Assembly (NCBI GenBank): GCA_965219955.1
Contig: OZ244799.1
Location: 3,584,001-3,648,000 of the forward strand
Reading direction: 5' to 3'
Origin: a bacterium
Lineage (GTDB): Bacteria > UBA8248
Length of the DNA: 64,000 nt
Positions 39,405 through 48,797 of this stretch are shown one piece after another. The number at the start of each line of letters is the position of its first letter. Positions within the stretch are counted from its first letter, which is position 1. The notes below the pieces were generated by a model. It ran no database searches. It saw only the letters and a list, made by a program, of their open reading frames with translations, and was not told the DNA's origin. The position numbers and the translations under genes were made by a program.

Positions 39405-40901
39405 CTATTCGCCCCCGGGCGTCGCCCAGGGCCGCTTCCAGATGCTCATGAAAAGAATCAGTGCGGCCAGAAGGATGAAGAACAGCGATATCGGGCGCGT
39501 GAAGAACACCGAGTAATCGCCTTGCGAGAGCAAGAGGGCCTGCTTGAAGGAGCGCTCCGCCATCGGCGTGATGATGTAGGCGATGACAAGGGGCGCGAGC
39601 GGGTAGTTCATCTTCCGGAGAAGGTAGCCGAACACGCCCGCGATGAGGGAGAGCTCCACGTCGCCCAGGTTGTTCTGGAAGATGTAGCCCCCCACCACGC
39701 AGAACATGATGATGCACGGTAGCAGCAGCGACTGCCGGATGGTGACCACCCAGGCGAATATGCCGGTGAGCAGCCAGCCCTGGACGAGCATGATGGGGTT
39801 TCCGATGAGGAGCAGGGTGAAGATGGCGTACATCGTCGTGGCGTTTTCTTCGAACAGCGACGGCCCGGGCCTTAAGCCCTGCGCGATGAACGCTCCCATC
39901 AGGATGGCCGCCGTCCCCCCGCCGGGGATTCCGAGCGTGAGGGTGGGGATCAAGTCCGCCCCCGCAACGGCGCTGTTGGCGGCTTCGGCCGCCGCCACGC
40001 CCTCATAGCTGCCTTTGCCGAATTCCTCCGGTTTTTTCGAAGCCCGCTTCGCCGCGCCGTAGCCGATGAAGGTGGCGATGGATGAACCCGTCCCCGGGAT
40101 CGCGCCGACGATGGTGCCGATGATCGAGGAGCGGAAGATCGTCCTGCCCGAGGCGGTGAATTCCTCCAGCTTGAGCGAGCGTCCGCCCCTTAGGTGTGAG
40201 GTCGGCGGTTTTTCGGCGAGTTGGGATATCTTCTTTTCCGCCTGGATGAGCACCTCGCTCACCGCGAACAGGCCGATGAGCAGGGGAACGAGGCCGATGC
40301 CGCCCTCGAGCGTGGGCAGACCGAAGGTAAACCGCTCCGCGCCCGAGATGGCGTCGAGCCCCACGAGGCCGAACATCAGTCCGATGAGGGCGGAGAGGAT
40401 GCCCTTCGATACCGATGCGCCCGTGACGCTCGATATGACGGTGAGGCCCATGACGAGCAGGCCGAAGAAATCCGCCGGCCCGAACTTGAGCGCCATCGCC
40501 GCGAGCGGGATGGCCGCGACAATGAGCGCGATGTCGCTGAACGTGTCGCCCAGGGTGGAGGAGTAGAGCGACATCTGGATCGCGCTTTTCGCCTCGCCCT
40601 TCTGGGCGAGAGGGTATCCGTCGAGACAGGTGGCCGCGGCCGGCGGCGTGCCGGGCGTGTTGACGAGGATCGCCGGAATCGAGCCGCCGAAAAGCGCGCC
40701 CTTGTGCACCCCCAAGAGGAAGGGAATCCCCAGCGTGGGCGCCATGAAGAAGGAAAACGGTACGAGAATCGCCGTCGCCATCACCCCCGTGAGGCCGGGA
40801 ATCGCGCCGACGGTGATGCCCGCGAAGACGCCGATAGCCACCATGCCCAGCGCCTCGAAGGTGAGCGCGATCGAGATGCCCTCCAGGATCTGTTCGATCA
40901 C
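39405..40901 (-). CDS. tctA: Tripartite tricarboxylate transporter large permease
   Basis: GAIPGL, GGSIPAILVNTPGTP, DGYPLA, EAANSA, TLGIPG; GTG start overlaps the tctB stop. Confidence 0.93.
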   Translation of the reverse strand: MIEQILEGISIALTFEALGMVAIGVFAGITVGAIPGLTGVMATAILVPFSFFMAPTLGIPFLLGVHKGALFGGSIPAILVNTPGTPPAAATCLDGYPLAQKGEAKSAIQMSLYSSTLGDTFSDIALIVAAIPLAAMALKFGPADFFGLLVMGLTVISSVTGASVSKGILSALIGLMFGLVGLDAISGAERFTFGLPTLEGGIGLVPLLIGLFAVSEVLIQAEKKISQLAEKPPTSHLRGGRSLKLEEFTASGRTIFRSSIIGTIVGAIPGTGSSIATFIGYGAAKRASKKPEEFGKGSYEGVAAAEAANSAVAGADLIPTLTLGIPGGGTAAILMGAFIAQGLRPGPSLFEENATTMYAIFTLLLIGNPIMLVQGWLLTGIFAWVVTIRQSLLLPCIIMFCVVGGYIFQNNLGDVELSLIAGVFGYLLRKMNYPLAPLVIAYIITPMAERSFKQALLLSQGDYSVFFTRPISLFFILLAALILFMSIWKRPWATPGGE

Positions 40902-41374
40902 GGGAACAGGCTCCCCTCGGGCAGGACGACCTGGAAACTGAACCAGAAGAAATAGGTGAGGAACAGCGGGAACAGGATGGCGGCCGAGACGAGCAGGCGC
41001 CAGTCCCTGATGCCGAGCAGGTAGATAATGGCGGCCATGAAAAAGGGTGAGGTATAAGAGAACCCGAAGAGCTTGAGCGCCTGCACGTAGAGGAATGTGA
41101 GGGCGAGGACGGCGCAGACCCGGGTGAGCGAGCCCCTGGCGTCGTCCCATAACCGTTCGCCGGAAAAGTTCTTGAGCGCGGCGCCCATCATCAGCACACA
41201 GGTCACGGCGAAGAGCGCCATGGTGAATTGCGGGAAGAACTCGGGCCGCAGCACGGCGGGCGTGGACTCGTCGATGGGGATGGAGGAGACGATCTGGTAG
41301 GGGATGATATACGCGAATGCCGCAATGGTGAACACGAGAAAAGCGACGCCCGTTATCAGATCGGCCTTGCGCAT
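40898..41374 (-). CDS. tctB: Tripartite tricarboxylate transporter small permease
   Basis: Four TM helices, PEFFP, C-terminal FQVVLPEG. Confidence 0.88.
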   Translation of the reverse strand: MRKADLITGVAFLVFTIAAFAYIIPYQIVSSIPIDESTPAVLRPEFFPQFTMALFAVTCVLMMGAALKNFSGERLWDDARGSLTRVCAVLALTFLYVQALKLFGFSYTSPFFMAAIIYLLGIRDWRLLVSAAILFPLFLTYFFWFSFQVVLPEGSLFP

Positions 41375-41579
41375 ACCTGGTCCCGTTCTTCTTCACGCCG
41401 TAGGCGTTGGAGCCGCCCGGCGCTGCGGGCAGCCGCTCATGGATCGTTCACGTTCGAGCGGCGACCGCCTTCCGGTTGATTTTCTCTTTATGGGAAATAA
41501 TGTATCTTCATTGCTCGTTTCGCGCAATCAGGATGAGGGGGTCGGCTCCTTTTCGGCTTGCGCCTTTGAGGAGAGGGAT

Positions 41580-42020
41580 ATGTTCGAGACCACGCGCGGC
41601 GCCGTGGACGTGGGACTTTCCACGAGGAACATCGCCGCAATGAAGAAGTTCTACACCGAGGTTCTGGGCCTGGAAGAAGCGGCGGTTATCGACGTGCCGG
41701 GCGATTTCGTGCGCGCGGCGGGCTTCGCCAAAGGCGGCGTGAAGCTCCACGCCCTGAAGTCGGGCGAGGTTTTGATAAAGCTGCTCGAATTCCCCGAAAG
41801 CCCCGCCGCCGGGAGCGACCCGCTGGCCGATTCGGCCGCCGGGTTCCGCTACCTCACCTTCTGGGTGAAGGACATGGAGGCCGCCGTGGCGCACCTGCGC
41901 GATGCGGGCGTGGAGTTGTTGTCCGATATATTGTCCCGCGTGCCCGAGAGAAAGACGATATTCTTCAAGGACCCCGACGGCAACCTGCTCGAACTCAACT
42001 GGGTGGACCCGGCGGTTTGA
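41580..42020 (+). CDS. VOC/glyoxalase family protein
   Basis: FYTEVLGL, GFRYLTFWVKD, FFKDPDGNLLEL. Confidence 0.88.
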   Translation: MFETTRGAVDVGLSTRNIAAMKKFYTEVLGLEEAAVIDVPGDFVRAAGFAKGGVKLHALKSGEVLIKLLEFPESPAAGSDPLADSAAGFRYLTFWVKDMEAAVAHLRDAGVELLSDILSRVPERKTIFFKDPDGNLLELNWVDPAV

Positions 42021-42075
42021 GGTAAAGCGAATGCACAGGCTTTTTCAATCCATACCTGACAGGAGATAAGAAAAG

Positions 42076-42459
42076 ATGAAACTGACGTACGATCACATTC
42101 ATTGCGTTCACACCGACGTGGACGAGGCGGTAGGCTTTTACGTGAACGTATTCGGAGCGACCGAGACCAACCGCATCGACAGGGGCGGCGCGCCGCAGGT
42201 CTATCTCGACGTGCACGGGACGAGCGTCATCATCCGCGGCAAGCGCGACGGCGAGGAACTGGCGGCGGGGCCGGGCGGCTGGCCGCGCTACAGCATCGAT
42301 CACTACGCGTTCTGCGTGGAGGGCAAACTCGCCGATGCGGTCGCCGAGGTCCGCGCGAACGGCGGAAACGTCGTCGCCGAAGGCGAGGCGGACGAGCTCT
42401 GGTTCGCCTACGTGGAAGGCCCCGATGGCGTCGTCGTCGAACTGATGGAGATGAAGTAG
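42076..42459 (+). CDS. VOC/glyoxalase family protein
   Basis: YDHIH, IDHYAF, YVEGPDGVVVELME. Confidence 0.88.
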   Translation: MKLTYDHIHCVHTDVDEAVGFYVNVFGATETNRIDRGGAPQVYLDVHGTSVIIRGKRDGEELAAGPGGWPRYSIDHYAFCVEGKLADAVAEVRANGGNVVAEGEADELWFAYVEGPDGVVVELMEMK

Positions 42460-42490
42460 AAACGGCGGTGGGCCGGGGGGGCGGTCAAGC

Positions 42491-43150
42491 ATGTTCCAGA
42501 GAATCTTTTTCGCGGCCGTCGTCTCGGGCGTGATAGCGGGGCTTTTCGCCACCGCGGTCCAGTCGACCCGGGTCATCCCCCTGATATACGAAGCCGAAAA
42601 ATACGAGCAGCGAGAACCCGTCCCCCTCCCGCAAACCCATGAGGACCACCCGGAAGAGGGCGGGGATTCCTCGCGCCTGGCGCTCACCCTCGTCTCGAAC
42701 GTCGTCTCGGGCGTCGGATTCGCGCTCTTGCTCGTCGGTTGTTTCGCCCTGCGCGGGGATGTGGACTGGCGGCGGGGGATCCTCTGGGGCGTGGGCGGAT
42801 TCGTCGTCTTCTCTCTCGCGCCCGCCATCGGATTGCCGCCGGAACTCCCCGGCGTCGACGCGGCGCCTTTGCCCCACAGACAGCTCTGGTGGGTTCTCAC
42901 GGTCGTGTCTACGGCGGCGGGCCTGGCCCTTCTGGCCTTCAAGCCGGGAGTGCCCTTCAAGGCGCTGGGGGTCGTCCTCATCGTCTTGCCGCACGCAGTC
43001 GGCGCCCCCCATCCCGAAGCCGGCGGCGAACTGGTTCCCCGGGCGCTTCTCGAGAGGTTCATCCTCACGGCGCTCATGGCCTCGGCTGCCTTCTGGGTCG
43101 TCCTGGGCCTTTGCGCGGGGTATTTCTTCAGCCGCCTGAAGGGGGAATAA
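42491..43150 (+). CDS. cbtA: Probable cobalt transporter subunit CbtA
   Basis: PLIYEAEKYE, LAPAIGLPPELPG, RQLWW, PHAVGAPHP. Confidence 0.85.
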   Translation: MFQRIFFAAVVSGVIAGLFATAVQSTRVIPLIYEAEKYEQREPVPLPQTHEDHPEEGGDSSRLALTLVSNVVSGVGFALLLVGCFALRGDVDWRRGILWGVGGFVVFSLAPAIGLPPELPGVDAAPLPHRQLWWVLTVVSTAAGLALLAFKPGVPFKALGVVLIVLPHAVGAPHPEAGGELVPRALLERFILTALMASAAFWVVLGLCAGYFFSRLKGE

Positions 43151-43266
43151 TTCGATTTGAATGCCGGAGCGGCCGATAAATTCGGCCCCCTCCGCGGATT
43201 CCTCCCCGAGCGCCGAAACGCCCGGCGAGGAATCTTCGGAGAAGTCGCGACCGAAGCCGGGGCGTT

Positions 43267-43770
43267 TTAGGGAGGGGGTGCCTGGTTTTGTTTTTCGATG
43301 AGATGCCTGATGCCGGCGGACGCCTCGCGAATGCCGGCGGATGCCTCGCGAATGCCGGCGCCGATGTCCGCGAGCATTTCGCCTTGTTGTCTGAACGCCT
43401 CCCCTTGTTGCCGGAGCGCTTCTCTGGACTCCTCGCCCTGTTGCCGGAGCGCCTCGCCCTGTTGCCGGAGTGCTTCTCCCTGCTGTCTGAACGCCTCCCC
43501 TTGTTGCCGGAGTGCTTCTCTGGACTCCTCGCCCTGTTGCCGTAGCGCTTCTTCCTGGCGTTTGGAATCCTCTCTGAACGCCTCCCCCTGTTGCCTGATC
43601 ATTTCCTCCAGATTATCGAGGTGGCGGTTTCTTTCCACCGACGCCTCTCGCATCTGTATCAATCCGGCCCGGATGAAATAGCACTGCGCAAAGGCGGCGC
43701 ACATGATGGCCAGAGGCGTCAGGAATACGCCCAGCACTTCGAGGATGGTGACGTCGTTGGGGACGCCCAT
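43267..43770 (-). CDS. Membrane-anchored coiled-coil repeat protein (paralog C)
   Basis: AQCYFIRAGLIQMREASVERNRHLD followed by RQQGE(A) heptad/hendecad repeats and AGIREAS repeats. Confidence 0.72.
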   Translation of the reverse strand: MGVPNDVTILEVLGVFLTPLAIMCAAFAQCYFIRAGLIQMREASVERNRHLDNLEEMIRQQGEAFREDSKRQEEALRQQGEESREALRQQGEAFRQQGEALRQQGEALRQQGEESREALRQQGEAFRQQGEMLADIGAGIREASAGIREASAGIRHLIEKQNQAPPP

Positions 43771-44033
43771 GGTTTCCCTGTCCTTTCCCCTCGTGTAAAT
43801 GACGGCGCCTGAATTGTAGAAGAAGCGCGAAGCGGCGGCAACCCCCTGGTCGCTTCGGTCCGGTCGTCTTCGCCGTTCGCCGCGACCTCCGGCGAAAAGC
43901 ATCTTTATGGATGACGGTAAATGGTAAATTTATGATATATCGTTATTTTGTGGGCTTTCTCCGGATACTTCTCATCGCACATATCGCGTTCTAAAGCCTT
44001 GTAAGTTTGATGGTTCGTTGGATTCCCATATTT

Positions 44034-44049
44034 TGGCACGATTATTGCT
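44034..44049 (+). promoter_or_regulatory. Sigma54 (-24/-12) promoter
   Basis: TGGCACG-ATTA-TTGCT matches TGGCACGNNNNTTGCW exactly, within an AT-rich intergenic region. Confidence 0.8.
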
Positions 44050-44107
44050 TATAGTATAGGTAAAGCAGTTTCCTGAGTACCGCAGTATGAGGGAAAGGAG
44101 GCGCGAG

Positions 44108-44308
44108 ATGGAATTCATCAAGATGTACGTGGTGGCGGGTCTTCCGGTTTTATTCGTATTCGCCGCGATTTGGCGGTTCATGACCTCCAGCATCATCCAT
44201 CAGCCTCGGGCGAAAACAGCGGGGACGAATGACGCCAGGATAGCCCTGGTCGAAACGAAATTGCTGGACGCCATCGACCCACAATCGGAATTGCGGAAAG
44301 CCGCCTAG
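44108..44308 (+). CDS. Small single-TM protein (66 aa)
   Basis: RBS AAGGAGG; hydrophobic N-terminal helix; first gene after the sigma54 promoter. Confidence 0.7.
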   Translation: MEFIKMYVVAGLPVLFVFAAIWRFMTSSIIHQPRAKTAGTNDARIALVETKLLDAIDPQSELRKAA

Positions 44309-44345
44309 AAGCACGGCTCAGGAATTCGGGAAACGGAGAGAAACC

Positions 44346-44816
44346 ATGTATGAGCGAATACTGATTCCCCTGGACGGTTCTCAAGAGGCGGAAGCCGCCG
44401 CCCATGAGGTGGTTCACCTCTTGATGAATCCGGAGGTTGTTCATCTTCAATTGGTGGAAAACGGCGTCATGCAGTCGAGGCAACTGGAAGGCTACACGGT
44501 GTACGCCGATCAGATTCAGGATGCGCGCACGCGGTGCGGAGAGGAGTATCTGCAACCCTTGCGGCGAATGTTGGGAGACAAGGGTCTGCACGTGGAGACT
44601 TCCGTGACGAACGGCGACCCGCTCCATGAGGTGGCCGAGGCGGCGGAGAAACTGGACGCCGACCTCATTCTCCTGGGCGCCGGAGAGGGCGGATGGCTGA
44701 GACGGAGCCTCGGACTGGCGCGCATCGCCCCGCGTCTCGCGAAGAAAGTGAAAGCCCACGTCCTGCTGGTTCAGGGACTGATGAAACCGGAAGTGGCTCT
44801 TCAGAGAGCCGCATAG
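44346..44816 (+). CDS. Universal stress protein (UspA family)
   Basis: MYERILIPLDGS, GDPLHEV, ADLILLG, HVLLV. Confidence 0.88.
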   Translation: MYERILIPLDGSQEAEAAAHEVVHLLMNPEVVHLQLVENGVMQSRQLEGYTVYADQIQDARTRCGEEYLQPLRRMLGDKGLHVETSVTNGDPLHEVAEAAEKLDADLILLGAGEGGWLRRSLGLARIAPRLAKKVKAHVLLVQGLMKPEVALQRAA

Positions 44817-44998
44817 AAAATCCTGCCGTGGCCCAACCACTGGGCCGCGCCCCACATACCTCCCCCTCGGCGGCCCGCGCCATCCGGCAAGGGGCCGCCG
44901 GGAGGGGAATCCTCACTTTACACCATTCGAGTCGTTCCGAAGCCAGGGCCCGGATGCTAGAATCTCGCCTCGTCCACGAATTGCGTAAGGAGTGAGGG

Positions 44999-45895
44999 GT
45001 GAGAATCGGAATCCTGTGTCGCGATGCCACCTTGCACGGCGTGCGGAGAATCTCCGAGTGCGCCAGGCGCAGAAAGCACCGGGTGCGCGTACTCGATCCG
45101 TATCGCTTCCTGCTGAAGCTCAGCGAGGGGGAGATATCGCTCGAATTCAGGGGGAAGCCCTTCCCGGGGGCGGACGTATATCTCCCGCGCCTGGGGGCGA
45201 ACATTTCCGAGCATTCCCTCGCGCTCATCCGCCACCTGGAAGCCTCAGGCGCGTTGGTCGTCAACAACTCGCGCGCGATCGAGACCGCGCGGGACAAGCT
45301 GCGCACGCTTCAGCTTCTGGCGCAGGAAGGACTTCCGGTGCCGAAGACGGCGTTCGCGCCCGATCCGGCGTATCTGCGCGCGGCGCTCGAGAGCGTGGGC
45401 GGCGCGCCGGTCGTCATGAAGCTGCCTCGCGGCACGCAGGGCAAGGGCGTCATGCGCGCCCACGATGTCGAAGAAGCGCAAGCCATCTCCGAGGTGATGT
45501 GGAACTTACAGCGAGACGCCATCGTCCAGGAATACGTCCAGGAAGCCAGGGAAGGGGATTTGCGCGTCATCGTCGTGGGCGGTGAAGTGGCGGCCGCCGT
45601 GAGAAGACGCGCCTCACGGGATGAGTTCCGCACGAACCTGCATCGCGGCGGTTCGGTCCGCAAAATCACACCGACCAGGCGCGCCTCTGAACTCGCGAAA
45701 AGCGCCGCAAAACTGTGCGGCCTGGAAATCGCGGGCGTGGATCTGCTGGAGACGAAAAGAGGGCCTTTGGTTCTGGAGGTGAACGCCGCGCCCGGTTTCG
45801 AGGGCGTGGAGCGCGCGGGCGGTCCCGAGGTTGCGCCCGTCATCCTCGACTACGTCGAGCGGCGTTACGAGGAGTGGAAGAAGAGAAAAACCTGA
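44999..45895 (+). CDS. RimK family ATP-grasp ligase
   Basis: RDKLRTLQLL, GTQGKGV, VQEYV, DLRVIVVG, FRTNLHRGG, AGVDLL, LEVNAAPG. Confidence 0.9.
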   Translation: MRIGILCRDATLHGVRRISECARRRKHRVRVLDPYRFLLKLSEGEISLEFRGKPFPGADVYLPRLGANISEHSLALIRHLEASGALVVNNSRAIETARDKLRTLQLLAQEGLPVPKTAFAPDPAYLRAALESVGGAPVVMKLPRGTQGKGVMRAHDVEEAQAISEVMWNLQRDAIVQEYVQEAREGDLRVIVVGGEVAAAVRRRASRDEFRTNLHRGGSVRKITPTRRASELAKSAAKLCGLEIAGVDLLETKRGPLVLEVNAAPGFEGVERAGGPEVAPVILDYVERRYEEWKKRKT

Positions 45896-45968
45896 ATCGT
45901 TTGCCGGTCGTTTCGCCCCGGCCTATAATCCACAGCCGGTTTTCAAGAACTGATGAGGGAGACTCGAA

Positions 45969-47282
45969 TTGAGCGACATCGACGCCATATGCCTTGCGGC
46001 GAGGAACGCCGCGCTTGCACTCGCGCCCCTGGGCGATGGGGTGCGGAATCGCGTCCTGGCCGCCATGGCGGATGCGGTTGACGAAAACTCAGGAGCTATC
46101 CTCGAAGCGAACGCACGAGACGCCGCCGCGGCGGAGCCCCTCGTTGCGAGCGGGGAGATGTCCGAGCCTTTGCTGAGACGCCTGGAACTCAGCGAGCGCA
46201 AAGTCGCGCAGATGGCCGAAGGCGTGCGCGCGGTGGCCGCCCTGCCCGATCCGCTGGGCGTGGCGCGCATGGCGACGCTGCTCGATGAGGAGTTGACGCT
46301 CAGGCGGGTCACCTGTCCCTTGGGCGTGGTCGCCGCCGTGTTCGAATCGAGGCCCGACGCGCTCGTGCAGATCGCCTCGCTCTGCCTCAAATCCGGCAAC
46401 GCCGCCATCCTGAAAGGGGGGCGCGAGGCCGCGCACACGAACCGCCTGATGACCGGGCTTTTACGAGACGCGGCGTCATCGACGGGCGAGGTTCCCGCCG
46501 ACGCGCTGCAGCTCGTCGAGGCGCGCGAGGACGTGCAGGCGCTTTTATCGCGCGACGATGCGGTCGACCTGCTCATACCGCGCGGGAGCAACGAGTTCGT
46601 CCGCTACATCAAGGAGCACTCGAACATCCCGGTGCTCGGCCACGCGGACGGCATCTGTCATCTCTACGTGGACGAGGCGGCGGAGACGGAGATGGCCGTG
46701 CGACTCGCGTTCGACGCCAAGACGCAATACCCCGCCGTCTGCAACGCCATCGAGACGCTCCTGGTGCACGAGAAAAAAGCGGGCGAGTTCCTCCCGCGGG
46801 CCGCCGAGGCGATGGCGGAGAAGGGAGTCGCCATCCGGGGCTGCGACGCCACGCGGGCGATTCTAAAGAATGCGGGCGCGGCGACGGAGGAAGACTGGGA
46901 GACGGAGTATCTGGACTTGATCCTCTCCGTCCGGGTGGTGGAATCACTCGAAGAGGCCGTCGATCACATCAACCGCTACGGCTCGCGCCACACCGACGCC
47001 ATCGTGACTTCCGACGAGACGGCGGCGCGGACGTTTCTCTCCAGAGTCGACGCCGCCAGCGTCATGTGGAACGCGTCCACGCGGCTGGCGGACGGCTTCC
47101 GCTACGGCTTCGGCGCCGAGGTGGGGATCGCCACGGACAAGATTCACGCGCGCGGCCCCGTGGGCCTGGAAGGCCTGGTGACCTACAAGTACCAGCTCGA
47201 GGGAAACGGCCACCTCGTCTCCGACTACGAGGGAGCGGACGCGCGGGCGTTTCTCCACAGGCCGATTCCCTTAAACGAATAG
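45969..47282 (+). CDS. proA: Gamma-glutamyl phosphate reductase
   Basis: PLGVV..FESRP, KSGNA.ILKGG, IPRG, AVCNAIETLL, NASTRLADG, HARGPVGL. Confidence 0.96.
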   Translation: MSDIDAICLAARNAALALAPLGDGVRNRVLAAMADAVDENSGAILEANARDAAAAEPLVASGEMSEPLLRRLELSERKVAQMAEGVRAVAALPDPLGVARMATLLDEELTLRRVTCPLGVVAAVFESRPDALVQIASLCLKSGNAAILKGGREAAHTNRLMTGLLRDAASSTGEVPADALQLVEAREDVQALLSRDDAVDLLIPRGSNEFVRYIKEHSNIPVLGHADGICHLYVDEAAETEMAVRLAFDAKTQYPAVCNAIETLLVHEKKAGEFLPRAAEAMAEKGVAIRGCDATRAILKNAGAATEEDWETEYLDLILSVRVVESLEEAVDHINRYGSRHTDAIVTSDETAARTFLSRVDAASVMWNASTRLADGFRYGFGAEVGIATDKIHARGPVGLEGLVTYKYQLEGNGHLVSDYEGADARAFLHRPIPLNE

Positions 47283-47304
47283 AGCGCCCGGGACGCCTTG
47301 GAAC

Positions 47305-47628
47305 TTGGGCAAGTGGATCGTCTTCTCGTTCCTCGTCCTTGGCGGCGCGCTCGTCGTCTTTCTACTCATCTACCAAAACCCCCAGCAAGAAGAAGCTGTC
47401 GTTACCACCGGCGACGGTGCGGCGGTTTACGCGCAGACCTGCGCCGCCTGCCACGGGGAGCGCGGCGAGGGCAGGCGTGAACTGGGAAACCCCCTGCGCG
47501 GCCGCGCGCTCCCTCCCGCCTATATCAAAGAGGTCGTGAAGCAGGGGAAAAATAAAATGCCCGCCCTGCCCCGCATCCGGGGCGAGGCGCTCGAGAACGT
47601 GGCGAGGTACGTGAATCGCCTGCCCTGA
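47305..47628 (+). CDS. Membrane-anchored monoheme cytochrome c
   Basis: N-terminal TM, CAACH heme motif, distal Met in KMP. Confidence 0.88.
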   Translation: MGKWIVFSFLVLGGALVVFLLIYQNPQQEEAVVTTGDGAAVYAQTCAACHGERGEGRRELGNPLRGRALPPAYIKEVVKQGKNKMPALPRIRGEALENVARYVNRLP

Positions 47629-47675
47629 GTCTGATGGCCGGTCGTGAACCACGGCGATGATGATGCGTCGCCTTC

Positions 47676-47987
47676 GGAGTTGTTGAAAAACCCTTCCTCA
47701 AGTGGAAACGGCCTTTACCGAATTCGCCGCCCTTACAAGTAATACCTTCCTCATCCCGAACAGGCCCTGCAAACTGCGCGCGACTCTATCCTCATCCCGA
47801 GTAGGCGCGCTTGCGCGCCGTATCGAGGGACGGACATGCGCCCTTCGATACGCCGCCTTCGGCGGCTACTCAGGGTGAGGGAAAGAGGATTTGGCGGCCC
47901 TCGGCGGTTACTCGAGGTGATGTCGATTCGAGGCCATGTAAAACGAGGAGAACGCGCCCGTTCTAATGCCGGGTTTTCAAAAACCCC
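47676..47987. mobile_element. MITE-like element with REP cargo
   Basis: Ends GGAGTTGTTGAAAAACCC and GGGTTTTCAAAAACCCC; internal CCTCATCCCGAGTAGG..GTATCGAGGG and CCCTTCGATACG..CTACTCAGGGTGAGG pair. Confidence 0.62.
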
Positions 47988-48017
47988 CTCTCCGTCCCCA
48001 GCCTCTTGCACCGGAGA

Positions 48018-48797
48018 TCATCCCTCGCTTCGCTCGGCGGTCCTCACCGCGAACGAGAAGCAGGCGCCGCTGAAGACGATCATGACGATGAGGGACATCC
48101 AGAGCCCCGGCAGGTTGGCCACGGCGTCCGGCGCGCTCAGGTAGAGCGTTCTCCTCAGGGCCGCCACGCCGTAGGTGAGCGGGTTCACCTGCATGACGAG
48201 GCCGATGAGCGGGTGCGCGCCCGCGACCGGGAACACCGCGCCCGAGAGCAGCCACAAGGGGATGAGCAGGAGGTTCATGATGGAGTGGAACCCCTGGGTG
48301 GATTCGATCCGCCAGGCGAGCAGAAGGCCGAGCGCGGTCAGCGCGAAGCCGATCAGGCCCATCACCAGCACCGAGGCGAGGGCGGCCTCCAGATTGAGCG
48401 GAACGCCCGCTAGGGGGGTGGCAGCGAGCAGGAGGACGCCTTGCAGCAGCGCGAGCGTCGTCCCGCCCAGCACCTGCCCCAGCACGATGGCCGAGCGCGG
48501 AACGGGCGCCGCGAGCACGCCCTGTAAGAAGCGCGCCTTTCTGTCGTCCACCACGGCGAAGGTGGAGAAGATCGCCGTGAAGAGCACCACCATGGCGATG
48601 ATGCCCGGGTAGAAGTATTCCAGATACCCCTCCCCCCCTCCGCCCGCGTAGCGGAAGTTTTTTCCGAAGCCGCTGCCCAGCAGCAGCCAGAACAGGACGG
48701 GCTGGCCGAACGCGCCGATGATGCGGCTGCGCTGGCGCACGAAGCGCACGATCTCGCGCTGCCAGATCGTTCCCGCGCAAAGCATATACGGCGTCAT
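48018..48797 (-). CDS. ABC-2 type transporter permease
   Basis: YLEYFYPGII, LAAPVPRSAIVLG, LSGAVFP, NPLTYGV. Confidence 0.9.
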   Translation of the reverse strand: MTPYMLCAGTIWQREIVRFVRQRSRIIGAFGQPVLFWLLLGSGFGKNFRYAGGGGEGYLEYFYPGIIAMVVLFTAIFSTFAVVDDRKARFLQGVLAAPVPRSAIVLGQVLGGTTLALLQGVLLLAATPLAGVPLNLEAALASVLVMGLIGFALTALGLLLAWRIESTQGFHSIMNLLLIPLWLLSGAVFPVAGAHPLIGLVMQVNPLTYGVAALRRTLYLSAPDAVANLPGLWMSLIVMIVFSGACFSFAVRTAERSEG

